Assembly (NCBI GenBank): GCA_050251945.1
Contig: JBFWLW010000018.1
Coordinates: 1 to 43,693 of the forward strand
From: Deferribacterales bacterium
Lineage (GTDB): Bacteria; Chrysiogenota; Deferribacteres; Deferribacterales; Geovibrionaceae
Length of the DNA stretch: 43,693 bases
Direction of reading: 5' to 3'
Below, in pieces: positions 22,722 through 35,900 of this stretch (the first letter of the stretch is position 1; each line of letters opens with the position of its first letter). The notes under the pieces were generated by a model that was not told the DNA's origin, made no database searches, and saw only the letters and a program-made list of their open reading frames with translations. The position numbers and the translations under genes are program-made.

Positions 22722-24866
22722 ATGAACAGAGATATCGCTATCGACCCGTTGATGCAGTGTCTTGTGACACTGACAATGCTGAACAATAAACCCGCCAGTG
22801 CAGAGGCATTGGCATATGGGCTGCCCCTCGACCCCGACCAGAAGCGGCAGTCGCTCTTCACCATCGAAGGCGCAAAATCAAACTTCTCGCGCGCGGCATC
22901 CCGCGCCGGTTTTAACTCTAAACTGGTGAAAAGGGAACTGAAAGACATACCGAACGTAATACTTCCGGTGATACTGCTTCTGAAAAGCCAGAACGCATGT
23001 GTTCTCACCGATATAGATTTTGAAGCGGGTATCGCGGAAATAATAATCCCCTCCATAGACGAGGAACCGCAGGAAATTACTATCGAAAAACTCTCGGAAG
23101 AGTATATGGGCTTCTGTTTCCTGCTTAAGCGAGTTTTCAAACAGGACGAACACGATGCCATCGTCGATGAAAAACAGGATAATAAGCACTGGTTCTTCGG
23201 AACACTCTGGCGCTTCCGCGACATATACATAAACGTATTCATCGCTTCGTTTCTGATAAATTTATTCGTGACAGTCAGCCCCCTGTTCACGATGAACGTT
23301 TATGACAGAGTTATCCCCCACAACGCAGTTGACACACTCTGGGTTCTTGCAATAGGCGTATGCATCATCTATATGTTTGATATAATAATAAAATACCTGC
23401 GTTCTTACTTTCTTGAGGTTGCGGCAAAGAAGAGCGACGTCATCCTTTCATCCATGATATTCGAGCAGGCGCTCAACCTGCGCATGAAAGAAAAACCAAA
23501 GTCAGTTGGATCATTCGCCAGCAATATCAAAGAGTTTGACAGCATCCGCTCTTTCTATGCTTCAACAGCGGTAACAGCCTTCATAGAACTGCCGTTCGTC
23601 GCTATTTTCCTCATTGTTATCTACTATATAAGCGGGCTACTCGTACTTATCCCGATATTCACGATGGTATTTATAATCTGCTACAGCCTTTTCGTACGCA
23701 AACCTCTTCAACGCAGTATAGAGAGTTCATATGAGTCGTCAGCAAGACGCAACGGACTTCTCATAGAGGCGCTTTCAAATCTTGAAGCTATAAAAACGTT
23801 TAACGCCAGCAGTTATATTCAGTGGAACTGGGAGGAAAGCACAGGCGATATTTCCAACAAAAGCATAAAATCCCGTATGCTCTCAAACTCGCTGACTTCC
23901 GCCTCCGCCTTTCTGGCACAGATAGGAAACGTAGCGGTTGTGGTTGCGGGCGTCTATTTCATAAAAGAGGGAGAGCTTACCATGGGTGCGCTCATAGCCA
24001 CGGTAATGCTGTCTTCCAGAACTATAGCGCCGATGTCGCAGGTTGCCGGACTTCTCACGAACTATCAGCAGATGCGCACATCCCTCACACAGCTTAACGC
24101 GCTGATGGAAAAAGACGTTGAACGCCCTGAAAAGAAAGGCTTTCTCCGCCGCCCCATATTCGAGGGAGGCATAGAGTTCAATGACGTAACGTTCAGCTAT
24201 CCTGACGAACCGCAACCGGCGCTTAAAAACATTACGTTCAAGATAAAACCTAAAGAGCGTGTGGGGATAATCGGTGCAGTCGGCTCGGGGAAATCAACGC
24301 TGAGCAAGCTCATACTCGGTCTTTACGATCCGGACGAAGGCAGCATCTTCATTGACGGCATCGCATGCAAACAGATAGACCCTGCCGACCTCAGGCACAA
24401 CATAGGCTATGTACCGCAGGATGTTACCCTGTTTTCAGGTACCATCCGCGACAATATAATATTCAAAGCTCCGCACAGCGACGACAATGCGATAATTAAA
24501 GCGGCACAGGTCGGCAACGTTATCTCATTCAGCGATAAGCATGCGCTGGGTCTGGACTTCTTTGTCGGCGAAAAGGGTGCAAACCTTTCAGGCGGACAGA
24601 GACAGTCAGTCGCCGTATCGCGGGCAATGCTGACAGACAGCTCCATCGTCCTTATGGACGAACCGACGAACTCAATGGATTTTGCCTCCGAAAACAAGGT
24701 TATCGAAAACCTGAGAAAAGCGACTGAAGGCAAAACCACCATCATAATTACCCACAAACCGTCCATCCTCACTATCGTCGACAGGCTCATAGTCATGGAC
24801 AACGGAACCGTAGTTATGGACGGACCGAAAGACGAAGTTCTGAAAAAACTGGGGGGCAAACAATGA
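22722..24866 (+). CDS. lapB: Type I secretion ABC permease/ATPase with C39-like N-domain
   Basis: HWFFG, MNVYDRV, Walker A GAVGSGKS, LSGGQRQ, MDEPT. Confidence 0.93.
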   Translation: MNRDIAIDPLMQCLVTLTMLNNKPASAEALAYGLPLDPDQKRQSLFTIEGAKSNFSRAASRAGFNSKLVKRELKDIPNVILPVILLLKSQNACVLTDIDFEAGIAEIIIPSIDEEPQEITIEKLSEEYMGFCFLLKRVFKQDEHDAIVDEKQDNKHWFFGTLWRFRDIYINVFIASFLINLFVTVSPLFTMNVYDRVIPHNAVDTLWVLAIGVCIIYMFDIIIKYLRSYFLEVAAKKSDVILSSMIFEQALNLRMKEKPKSVGSFASNIKEFDSIRSFYASTAVTAFIELPFVAIFLIVIYYISGLLVLIPIFTMVFIICYSLFVRKPLQRSIESSYESSARRNGLLIEALSNLEAIKTFNASSYIQWNWEESTGDISNKSIKSRMLSNSLTSASAFLAQIGNVAVVVAGVYFIKEGELTMGALIATVMLSSRTIAPMSQVAGLLTNYQQMRTSLTQLNALMEKDVERPEKKGFLRRPIFEGGIEFNDVTFSYPDEPQPALKNITFKIKPKERVGIIGAVGSGKSTLSKLILGLYDPDEGSIFIDGIACKQIDPADLRHNIGYVPQDVTLFSGTIRDNIIFKAPHSDDNAIIKAAQVGNVISFSDKHALGLDFFVGEKGANLSGGQRQSVAVSRAMLTDSSIVLMDEPTNSMDFASENKVIENLRKATEGKTTIIITHKPSILTIVDRLIVMDNGTVVMDGPKDEVLKKLGGKQ

Positions 24867-26203
24867 TCAGAAAAGATAAAAAAAGCCGCCTCAGCGCGGA
24901 AGACATCGAGTTTATGAAGAGTCTGAACGCTGCCGTACTGCAAAAAAGCTCATCAAAGATGAACCGGATGCTCTATATCATAGCGGCGCTCATCATAATC
25001 TTCATTGCATGGGCGAACCTCACATCTCTGGACGAGCTGACGCGCGGACAGGGAAAAGTAATACCCACCAACCAGATACAGATTGTCCAGAACCTTGAGG
25101 GCGGTATCGTCCGCAAGATACTCGTGCGCGAAGGCGACACGGTAAAAAAAGACCAGATACTGCTTGATATAGACGATACAGGCTTCGGCAGCTCATACAA
25201 AGAGGGCGAATCCAAATACTATGAACTGAAAGTGCGCATAGCAAGACTTCAGGCGGAAGCTTCGGGAAAACCGATGGAAATTGACCCCGAAATACAGAAA
25301 GATTACCCCAATCTGGTAAATGAGGAGATAAACCTCTACAACATCAATAAGCAAAGGCTGGAAAGCGAATTGCAGGTGCTTGGAGCAAGGTTTTCTCAGA
25401 AACAGATGGAATATACCGACGCACAGAACAAAATAAGGAACCTGACCCAGAGCAAAGCTCTCATTCAGCAGGAGATGGCTCTCACAAAACCGCTCTATGA
25501 AAAAGGGCTCGTTTCAGAGGTTGAATATATACAGCTTCGCCAGAGACTTCTGGAAAACCAGAACGAACTGGAGTCCCAGCATAATACAATGAGTTCCGCA
25601 ACCTCCAAGATATCGGAAGCAAGAAACATGATAAACGAGCAGACGGTGAAATTCCGCAGCGATGCGCAGGATCAGCTGAGCCAGAACCTTGCGGAGCTTA
25701 ACAGAACATCCGCAACTCAGGTGGCACTTAAAGACAGAGTGAAGAGAACACAGGTTCGCTCCCCCGTTGACGGAACAGTAAAACAAATACTCGTCAATAC
25801 GGTCGGCGGAGTTGTGCGACCCGGTATGGACATCATGGAAATAGTACCCGGAGAGGATAACCTCCTTGTGGAAGCGAAGGTTAAACCATCCGACATAGCT
25901 TTCATCTACCCCGGACAGGAGGCGATAGTCAAATTCACAGCCTACGACTACGCCATATACGGCGGACTCACAGGCAAAGTGACACACATCAGCGCCGACA
26001 CAATTGAAGACGAGAAGAAAGAAAGCTATTACCTCGTTCGCGTTAAAACAGACAAAAGCTTCATAGGCGAAGACGATAATAAAAAACAGATCATCGTGGG
26101 CATGACAGCCATGGTGGACATAGTAACCGGCAAAAAAACCGTTATGCAGTATCTGCTTAAACCAATTTTACGGGCTAAGTACAATGCGCTGCGGGAGAGA
26201 TAA
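24863..26203 (+). CDS. lapC: HlyD-family T1SS periplasmic adaptor
   Basis: TM segment, QNLEGGIV, RSPVDG, KFTAYDY, YLLKP. Confidence 0.93.
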   Translation: MIRKDKKSRLSAEDIEFMKSLNAAVLQKSSSKMNRMLYIIAALIIIFIAWANLTSLDELTRGQGKVIPTNQIQIVQNLEGGIVRKILVREGDTVKKDQILLDIDDTGFGSSYKEGESKYYELKVRIARLQAEASGKPMEIDPEIQKDYPNLVNEEINLYNINKQRLESELQVLGARFSQKQMEYTDAQNKIRNLTQSKALIQQEMALTKPLYEKGLVSEVEYIQLRQRLLENQNELESQHNTMSSATSKISEARNMINEQTVKFRSDAQDQLSQNLAELNRTSATQVALKDRVKRTQVRSPVDGTVKQILVNTVGGVVRPGMDIMEIVPGEDNLLVEAKVKPSDIAFIYPGQEAIVKFTAYDYAIYGGLTGKVTHISADTIEDEKKESYYLVRVKTDKSFIGEDDNKKQIIVGMTAMVDIVTGKKTVMQYLLKPILRAKYNALRER

Positions 26204-26204
26204 G

Positions 26205-26780
26205 ATGATAATAGCTATTAGCTGCGACAGAAACTTCTGCCGTATGGTATCGGACACTTTCGGGCAGAAGGACACAGTTTCCGTTGGGCTTATATCAAGC
26301 CTCAGAGACAGACATGAAATAGCGTCCACGGACGTTGCCATCCTCGACCTGCCCTATCTCACGCCCACGGAAATAACAAAGATTCCCTGCAAGGTAGTGA
26401 TAATGACCTCAGTACCGAAATTTGACGAAGCTCTTAAAATGCTGAAGATGGGCGTTAAGGCTTACGGCAACAGGATGATGCATCCGGATAACATGAAGCA
26501 GATGGTGTCCGCTGTCCGCACAGGGCAGATATGGCTTCCGCCGGATATCATCAACAGGCTGATAACAACCCTTCCGGCTGATAACACGCCTTTGACCCTA
26601 ACAGAGGAACTCTCGGAAAGAGAGACAGAAGTTGCCAAACTCGTCGCAAAGGGCAAAAGCAATCAGGAGATCGCCGATACCCTCGACATCACCGTGCGTA
26701 CAGTCAAGGCACACCTCACATCCATTTTTTCCAAGACTGGTCTGAGAGACCGTCTCGCCCTCGCCCTGCATTTTAAATAA
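26205..26780 (+). CDS. NarL/LuxR-family response regulator
   Basis: Receiver-like N-domain (VAILD) plus LSERETEV...SNQEIA...TVKAHL HTH; start at the ATG just after the lapC stop. Confidence 0.88.
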   Translation: MIIAISCDRNFCRMVSDTFGQKDTVSVGLISSLRDRHEIASTDVAILDLPYLTPTEITKIPCKVVIMTSVPKFDEALKMLKMGVKAYGNRMMHPDNMKQMVSAVRTGQIWLPPDIINRLITTLPADNTPLTLTEELSERETEVAKLVAKGKSNQEIADTLDITVRTVKAHLTSIFSKTGLRDRLALALHFK

Positions 26781-26841
26781 ACAATAATCTCCCACAGCTT
26801 ATTCTGATTTTGATCGCTAAGCCCTACATCTGCATACAAAC

Positions 26842-26874
26842 AAAAAAAGACCGCATCCGAAAGGATGCGGTCTT
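26842..26874 (-). terminator. Terminator between the convergent luxR-type gene and adhesin
   Basis: AAGACCGCATCC-GAAA-GGATGCGGTCTT; A7 gives a U tract on the minus strand. Confidence 0.88.
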
Positions 26875-26900
26875 CTGATTTAATCTTTCATATCAGTTTC

Positions 26901-29900
26901 TTAGCCACTGATACCATCACCTTGATCGGTAAACTGAATGTTCAACTTGTGTTCGTCATTGTTTATCTCAATACAAACTTCGGTACCGTTGACAGTGCTG
27001 CAGTAAGTATTGTCGCCAGTCGATTTCCAATCACCGGAAAGAACAAGAGTATCTGCCGAATCTCCTGATACCTGAAGAGTATGAGTATCTGAATCAGCGA
27101 TGCTCAGAACATCCTGTGCGGAGAGAGTTACGGTTTGGGCAGTGCTGTCGTCATTCATCTGGATAGCGTCTATATCGCTGAGTCCGCTGAAATCAAGACT
27201 GTCCGCATCGCCGAACACTGCAAGCACGTTGTCGCTTCCCGATTTTGCTTCCACTGAAACAGGCTCAACATAGTAATTGCTTGAACTGCTGCCGCTGAAA
27301 ACCACATGCCCGATTCCGCTTTCACTTGTTATGGTCAGTTCGCCGGAGGTAACAGTGCCGTTAGACACCCAGTTTCCATCGGAATCGTAAACAGAGTAAG
27401 TACTGCCGGATTTGACGGTTCCGCTTATATCAAATTTAGCTGTGTTCACCTCACTGTCAAAGTCGATTGTGAGGCTTTCGCCGGAACCGATACCGCTTTT
27501 ACTGCTGCTGTCATAGTAGTTGCCTTTAACACCGAATCCGCTGTCTGTTTCAGTAACACTGTAACCGGACGTATAAGTTGAAAAATCACCTATATTTTCG
27601 ATATGATTTTCAGTTGTGAGGCTCAGTGTGCCTGAATAGTCGTGTTCGTTCACTTCAAAGCTGTATTTCAGAAGAGATGTTACATCCTGATCAACGTCTG
27701 TTCCTGCGGTGAACACATATGAACCGTCGGAATTTATAACAACAGAACCGTTGTCGCCGAGGTCAATAGTGTACTCAGTAACAGTATCAGAGAACTCATA
27801 TACCAACCCTGCATAGGTCACTGTGGTAAGATGAGCTTCCAGTCCGTCGGGAATGTCCACATCGTTGAACACGCTGCTCTCTCTGCTGTTTTGTTCTGCC
27901 GCAGCCGAAATATCAGCATTGAGCGTATCGTCCGGAACAACCAGAACGTTGTCGGCGTATCCTTCTCCGTCGGCACTCCACGCAACTATCTGAAGCTGCT
28001 CGCTGTCGGTGCCGCTGCCGATACCGACAGCATACACTTCGTCTATAACCGTGTCGCCCAGCCATGACTGCCATGCGGCAAGTTCACTGCTGTTAATTTT
28101 GTAATCCTCGCTCGAAGGGGCGCCGTCGGAAACGAAATAAGCGTGAGTATAATCTGCACTGGGCGCTGAATCAGAGCTGTATGTTGTCATCAGTTTGCTC
28201 AGAGCATCGTCATAATCTGTTGCGCCATTTGCACGAAGCGATTCCAGAATGCTTTTCGCCTGGTCAACAGTCAGCCACACGCTTCCGTTAACTGTCTGCG
28301 AGTAAGCATCAGTTGAGAAAGTGACTATCTGGATACCGCCTATATCGCCTTTTTCCTCGTATTTATCAATAAGATCTGAAAGAGCATCCTTAAGTACGTC
28401 AAGTCTGGTATCGCCTTCGCTGGTGATAACGTTGCCCATACTTCCGGAAACGTCTATCATGAACAGCAGGTTAGCCACGGGAACTGAAGTGCTGCCTTCG
28501 TCCACTACGGAACTTGATGCAGAGATGCTGATATCATCCGCTCCGTTAACAGTAATTGTGAGCTTCGCTTCCGAAGTCGAAGTTCCGTCGGAAAGGGTGT
28601 ATGTGAAATCCTCTGTAACAGATTCATCTGAATTCACATTATCAAGATTTTCACTGTCGTTATCCAGTTCGTAGCGGTATGTTCCATCCTCTTTTACATA
28701 AAGAGTGCCGTATTCGCCCTGAATTGCCGTCTCTCCGGTGGACGAAACCGTAGTACCGTCAACCTCTGTGATATAGAGATTTGAAACAGATGTGTCACTG
28801 TCGTAATCCGCTCCGGTACCTGTTATCAGATTGCCCTGAGCAATTGAATCGCTGATATCAGTGACATATCCGGAATCCACAACCTCAACGACAGCCGCAT
28901 CAGGCGTACCCGCTCCGTTTGGTATAATGGTGAGACCGTCAAGCTCATCCGCAGAAACCGTCCAGGTTCCGTCGCCGTTGTCAACTCCCGCGCTGAGCGT
29001 TCCGTTTGCAACCGCAATAACAACATAGCCTTCGTCTGTGAGCGTCTGGCTTGTAACGACATCAACCTCGTATTCATACGAAGACTCGGAATATCCGCCG
29101 TATCTGATCTCTTCTATGTTGTTTGCAACGATATAACCGCCATCGGCTGTTGTTATATATGCACTTATAGTGCCGTTGTTATTAACTGTTGTTATAGTAT
29201 AGTCACTTTCGCTGCCGCTTAAGACAAGAACGTCATACCCGCTGTCACCGTTGACATTGACATAGCCGGTAACTGTTCCTGACAGATAAACGATGTCGTT
29301 TCCGCCGCCGATATTGACGTTAACGGTTGCTCCGCTTGCAACGTTGCCGATTTCAACAAATCCGTTGCCGCTGTCGCCGTTCACATTAAAGGTGTACGGA
29401 ACATTTTCTATTATCACATAACCGCTGTTCACAGAAATGTTCTGATTCATGGAAACAGTCGAATATGTTGTCGCTGTCGTATAACCGAGGCTTTCAGGAG
29501 AAACATCACTGTTGAGTTCAGTTCCGGTTTCAACCTTAGTAACTTCTGCGGCGCCTGTGATTATGGTATCGTTAACCTCTGTAACCGTAGCTGTATCGTC
29601 AACAGCCACCGGCGCTTCGTATGTCTCGTCAACAGCCTCAACAGCAAGTGTGACGTATGAGTAGCCGCTGCTCTGTCCCGTATCATCAGTTACAACAACA
29701 CGGAAAACTCTGTCTTCTGTGCTGGGGTCTTCAGACGTACTGCTGAACATAACAGCTTTAAGAGCCGCTTCGTAATCCTCGACACTGGCAACACCTTCAA
29801 GTTTAACAACCCCGTTCTCTATTGAAACAACTGTGATACCATCGGGCAGATCGCCAACTGTCAGAACGTCGCCGTCTTTCATGTTGGTCAGTGTGATTGT

Positions 29901-32900
29901 CATTGACTTCATCTCGGTGCTGTCAACATCCGATATGCTTACGTCGCTTGCAATAGATATGGGTGCTTCGTTCTCTGTGTAAACAGCGTTATAGGTTGTT
30001 GTTTTAACAACAAGATCGTTGAAATCACCGTCATAACCGCCTGTACCGGATACGAGATCTTCAATACCTATCGTACCGTCCGCATTTTCTATGAAATGAT
30101 CAAGCCCGTCAGAGTTGAGCTCTGCATCGGAATAAAATACGTTGTTGCTGATCTCTTCACCATCGACCAGAAGAACAACATCGCCATTCTCATCCGTTGT
30201 AAATGTGACCTCTCCTCCGCTGAAGCTTGAACCGACATTGGTTACTATAAAGAACTTAACATCCTCACCCTGATATGTCGCAAGAAGTTCGTTAACGGAC
30301 GCTGTGTCAGAGTTAAGAAGTATGAACTCTCCTGAAACAATGTTGCCGTCTTCATCTGTTGTATAAACACCCAGAGCGTTGGTGTATGAACCGCCATCGC
30401 TTACAAATGTAACATCTGTCTCAACGTTTTCAATACTGATAACCGGTTTGTCGTTCGCTCCGTTGATGGTAATCGTAATCGATTTTTCATCTGAAGCGCC
30501 GTACTCGTCTGTCACAGTGTATTTTACAGTGTAAGTCACTGTCTCGCCTTTTGTCAGATAATCGTATGAAGATCCGGCGCTGAACTGTACGGTTTTGCTG
30601 TCGGCGTCAAATACAAGACCATCGGGGATATCCTGACCTTCCACAAGTGCATATGTAAGGTCGCTTTGATCCGAGTCAACATCCGAAGCTATGAGCGACA
30701 GAAGTGCACTGTTGCCGTTTTCCGAAACTGAAATGCCGACATTGTGTGCAACAGGCGCATCGTTCGTTCCGATAACCTGAATATTAAGAACAGATTCAAC
30801 TGTTCCGCCGTTACCGTCTGACACGCTGTATCTGATCTCGTAGTCGACCGTTTCTCCCTCTGAAAGAGAATCGTATGAATTCGCATCGAATGTATAAGTT
30901 CCATCCTCATTAAGTGTGAAACCTGTCGGAGCTGTTCCAACCAGTGCATAGGTGAGACTGTCGCCATCTGCATCTGTGGCACCGATGCTGCCTGTGAGTA
31001 CGGTATCTTCATAAACTGATTCATTTTTTGCTTCCGTAACAGGGGCGTCATTATCAGAAGTAACAACTATCTTGGCAGTGGCACTTGATATGTCCGTGCC
31101 GTCTGTCACTGTAAACTCAAACGTTGCATCGCCATTGAAATCTGTATCAGGCGTGAATGTGTATGTTCCGTCACCGTTGTCCACAAGCTCGCCGCCTGTG
31201 ACATTTGTAATTGAAGCGATAGTGAGGTCGTCGCCGTCAACATCATCGGACTGGGCAAGTATTTGCTCTGCCGTGAGGATGATTGCTGTATCCTCAGATG
31301 TGGTAAATTCAACATCTCCGGCAACAGGTCCGTCGTTGGTGCCTGTGATATTCACTGTAACTGTAGTCTCTGTGCCGTCTGCTGACTTGACTGTAAATGT
31401 TTCCGTTACGGTCTCGCCTTCTGCCAGACCGTCCATTGTAGAATCTGTAGTATATGTCCATGCACCGTCTGTACCGATGCTGAACTTACCATATGCACCC
31501 TGAGTATCTGTCTGAGCCTCGAAAGTTGCATCGCTGTCTACGTCAGTTATCGTCAGAACGCCGCCTGTAGTCAGCACTGCATCTGATTCTGTAAGGTTGA
31601 CTGTGTCGGAGCTTACTACTGCCGCATCGTTAGTACCTGTTATATTTACTGTAACTGTGGTTTCAGTACCGTCTGCTGACTTGACTGTAAACGTTTCCGT
31701 TACTGTCTCGCCATCTGCAAGTGAATCCATGGTGCTGTCGGTAGTATATGTCCATGCACCGTCTGTACCGATGCTGAACTTGCCGTATGTGCCCTGAGTA
31801 TCTGTTTGCGCTTCAAACTCAGACGCGCTGTCTACGTCGGTGATTGTAAGAACGCCACCTGTGGTAAGGACAGTATCTGATTCTGTAAGATCGACTGTGT
31901 CGGAGCTTACAACTGCCGCATCGTTAGTGCCTGTGATATTCACTGTAACTGTGGTTTCAGTGCCGTCAGCTGATTTGACTGTAAATGTTTCCGTTACTGT
32001 CTCGCCTGCGGCAAGTGAATCCATAGTGCTGTCTGTAGTATATGTCCATGCACCGTCTGTACCGATGCTGAACTTACCATATGCACCCTGAGTATCTGTC
32101 TGAGCCTCGAAGGTTGCATCGCTGTCCACGTCGGTGATTGTAAGAATTCCGCCAGTGGTAAGGACTGCGTCTGATTCTGTAAGATTAACTGTATCGGAGC
32201 TTACTACTGCCGCATCGTTAGTACCTGTTATATTTACTGTAACTGTAGTCTCTGTGCCGTCTGCTGACTTGACTGTAAATGTTTCCGTTACGGTCTCGCC
32301 TTCTGCCAGACCGTCCATTGTAGAATCTGTAGTGTATGTCCATGCACCGTCTGTACCGATGCTGAACTTACCGTATGTGCCCTGAGTATCTGTCTGAGCT
32401 TCAAACTCAGACGCGCTGTCCACGTCAGTTATCGTCAGAACGCCGCCAGTGGTAAGGACAGTATCTGATTCTGTAAGATCGACTGTGTCGGAGCTTACAA
32501 CTGCCGCATCGTTAGTGCCTGTGATATTCACTGTAACTGTGGTTTCAGTGCCGTCAGCTGATTTGACTGTAAATGTTTCCGTTACTGTCTCGCCTGCGGC
32601 AAGTGAATCCATAGTGCTGTCTGTAGTATATGTCCATGCACCGTCTGTACCGATGCTGAACTTACCATATGCACCCTGAGTATCTGTCTGAGCCTCGAAG
32701 GTTGCATCGCTGTCCACGTCGGTGATTGTAAGAATTCCGCCAGTGGTAAGGACTGCGTCTGATTCTGTAAGATTAACTGTATCGGAGCTTACTACTGCCG
32801 CATCGTTAGTACCTGTTATATTTACTGTAACTGTAGTCTCTGTGCCGTCTGCTGACTTGACTGTAAATGTTTCCGTTACGGTCTCGCCTTCTGCCAGACC

Positions 32901-35900
32901 GTCCATTGTAGAATCTGTAGTGTATGTCCATGCACCGTCTGTACCGATGCTGAACTTACCATATGCACCCTGAGTATCTGTCTGAGCCTCGAAGGTTGCA
33001 TCGCTGTCCACGTCGGTGATTGTAAGAATTCCGCCAGTGGTAAGGACTGCGTCTGATTCTGTAAGATTAACTGTGTCGGAGCTTACTACTGCCGCATCGT
33101 TAGTACCTGTTATATTTACTGTAACTGTGGTTTCAGTACCGTCAGCTGACTTGACTGTGAACGTTTCCGTTACTGTCTCGCCTTCTGCCAGACTGTCCAT
33201 TGTAGAATCTGTAGTATATGTCCAAGTACCGTCTGTACCAATGCTGAACTTACCATATGCACCATGAGTATCTGTCTGAGCCTCGAAGGTTGCATCACTG
33301 TCCACGTCAGTGATTGTCAGCACGCCGCCCGTAGTCAGTACAGTGTCTGATTCTGTAAGATTAACTGTGTCGGAGCTTACTACTGCCGCATCGTTAGTAC
33401 CTGTTATATTTACTGTAACTGTAGTTTCAGTACCGTCAGCGGATTTGACTGTAAACGTTTCCGTTACGGTCTCGCCCTCTGCAAGTGAATCCATAGTGCT
33501 GTCGGTAGTGTATGTCCACGTGCCGTCTGTACCGATGCTGAACTTGCCGTATGTGCCCTGAGTATCTGTTTGCGCTTCAAACTCAGACGCGCTGTCCACG
33601 TCAGTGATTGTCAGCACGCCGCCCGTGGTAAGGACTGCGTCTGATTCTGTAAGGTTGACTGTATCGGAGCTTACAACTGCCGCATCATTGGTACCTGTGA
33701 TATTCACTGTAACTGTAGTTTCAGTGCCGTCTGCGGACTTGACTGTAAACGTTTCCGTTACTGTCTCGCCATCTGCCAGACTGTCCATTGTAGAATCTGT
33801 AGTATATGTCCAAGTACCGTCTGTGCCAATGCTGAACTTGCCGTATGCGCCCTGAGTATCCGTTTGAGCCTCGAAGGTTGCATCACTGTCCACGTCGGTG
33901 ATTGTAAGAACGCCACCAGTGGTAAGGACTGCGTCGGATTCTGTAAGATCGACTGTGTCGGAGCTTACAACTGCGGCATCGTTAGTACCTGTTATATTTA
34001 CTGTAACTGTGGTTTCAGTACCGTCTGCGGACTTGACTGTAAACGTTTCCGTTACTGTCTCGCCATCTGCCAGACTGTCCATTGTAGAATCTGTAGTATA
34101 TGTCCAAGTACCGTCTGTGCCAATGCTGAACTTGCCGTATGCGCCCTGAGTATCCGTTTGAGCCTCGAAGGTTGCATCGCTGTCCACGTCAGTGATTGTA
34201 AGTACGCCGCCTGTAGTGAGTACAGTATCTGATTCCGTAAGATTAACTGTGTCGGAGCTTACAACTGCGGCATCGTTAGTACCTGTTATATTTACTGTAA
34301 CTGTTGTCTCTGTGCCGTCTGCTGACTTGACTGTAAATGTTTCCGTTACGGTCTCGCCCTCTGCAAGTGAATCCATAGTGCTGTCTGTAGTATATGTCCA
34401 AGTACCGTCTGTGCCGATGCTGAACTTGCCGTATGCACCCTGAGTATCTGTTTGCGCCTCGAAGGTTGCATCGCTGTCCACGTCAGTTATCGTCAGAACG
34501 CCGCCTGTAGTCAGTACAGTGTCTGATTCCGTAAGGTTGACTGTGTCGGAGCTTACTACCGCGGCATCGTTAGTACCTGTTATATTTACTGTAACTGTGG
34601 TTTCAGTACCGTCTGCGGACTTGACTGTAAACGTTTCCGTTACTGTCTCGCCTTCTGCCAGACTGTCCATTGTAGAATCTGTAGTATATGTCCATGCACC
34701 GTCTGTACCGATGCTGAACTTGCCGTATGTGCCCTGAGTATCTGTCTGAGCCTCGAAGGTTGCATCGCTGTCCACGTCGGTGATTGTAAGAATTCCGCCA
34801 GTGGTAAGGACTGCGTCTGATTCCGTAAGATTAACTGTATCGGAGCTTACTACTGCCGCATCGTTAGTACCTGTTATATTTACTGTAACTGTGGTTTCTG
34901 TGCCGTCAGCTGACTTGACTGTAAACGTTTCCGTTACTGTCTCGCCTTCTGCCAGTGAATCCATGGTGCTGTCTGTAGTGTATGTCCATGCACCGTCTGT
35001 ACCGATGCTGAACTTACCATATGCACCATGAGTATCTGTCTGAGCCTCGAAGGTTGCATCGCTGTCCACGTCAGTGATTGTAAGAATTCCACCAGCGGTA
35101 AGGACTGCGTCTGATTCTGTAAGATTAACTGTATCGGAGCTTACTACTGCCGCATCGTTAGTACCTGTTATATTTACTGTAACTGTGGTTTCAGTACCGT
35201 CAGCTGACTTGACTGTGAACGTTTCCGTTACTGTCTCGCCTGCGGCAAGTGAATCCATGGTGCTGTCGGTAGTGTAAGTCCATGTGCCGTCTGTGCCGAT
35301 GCTGAACTTACCATATGCACCCTGAGTATCTGTTTGCGCCTCGAAGGTTGCATCACTGTCCACGTCAGTGATTGTAAGAACGCCGCCAGTGGTAAGGACA
35401 GTATCTGATTCCGTAAGATTAACTGTGTCGGAACTTACTACTGCCGCATCGTTAGTGCCTGTTATATTCACTGTAACTGTGGTTTCAGTACCGTCAGCTG
35501 ACTTGACTGTGAACGTTTCCGTTACTGTCTCGCCTGCGGCAAGTGAATCCATGGTGCTGTCGGTAGTGTAAGTCCATGTGCCGTCTGTGCCGATGCTGAA
35601 CTTACCATATGCACCCTGAGTATCTGTTTGCGCCTCGAAGGTTGCATCACTGTCCACGTCAGTGATTGTAAGAACGCCGCCAGTGGTAAGGACAGTATCT
35701 GATTCCGTAAGATTAACTGTGTCGGAACTTACTACTGCCGCATCGTTAGTGCCTGTTATATTCACTGTAACTGTGGTTTCAGTACCGTCTGATGACTTGA
35801 CTGTAAACGTTTCCGTTACTGTCTCGCCTTCTGCCAGACCGTCCATTGTAGAATCTGTAGTATATGTCCATGTGCCGTCTGTGCCGATGCTGAACTTACC

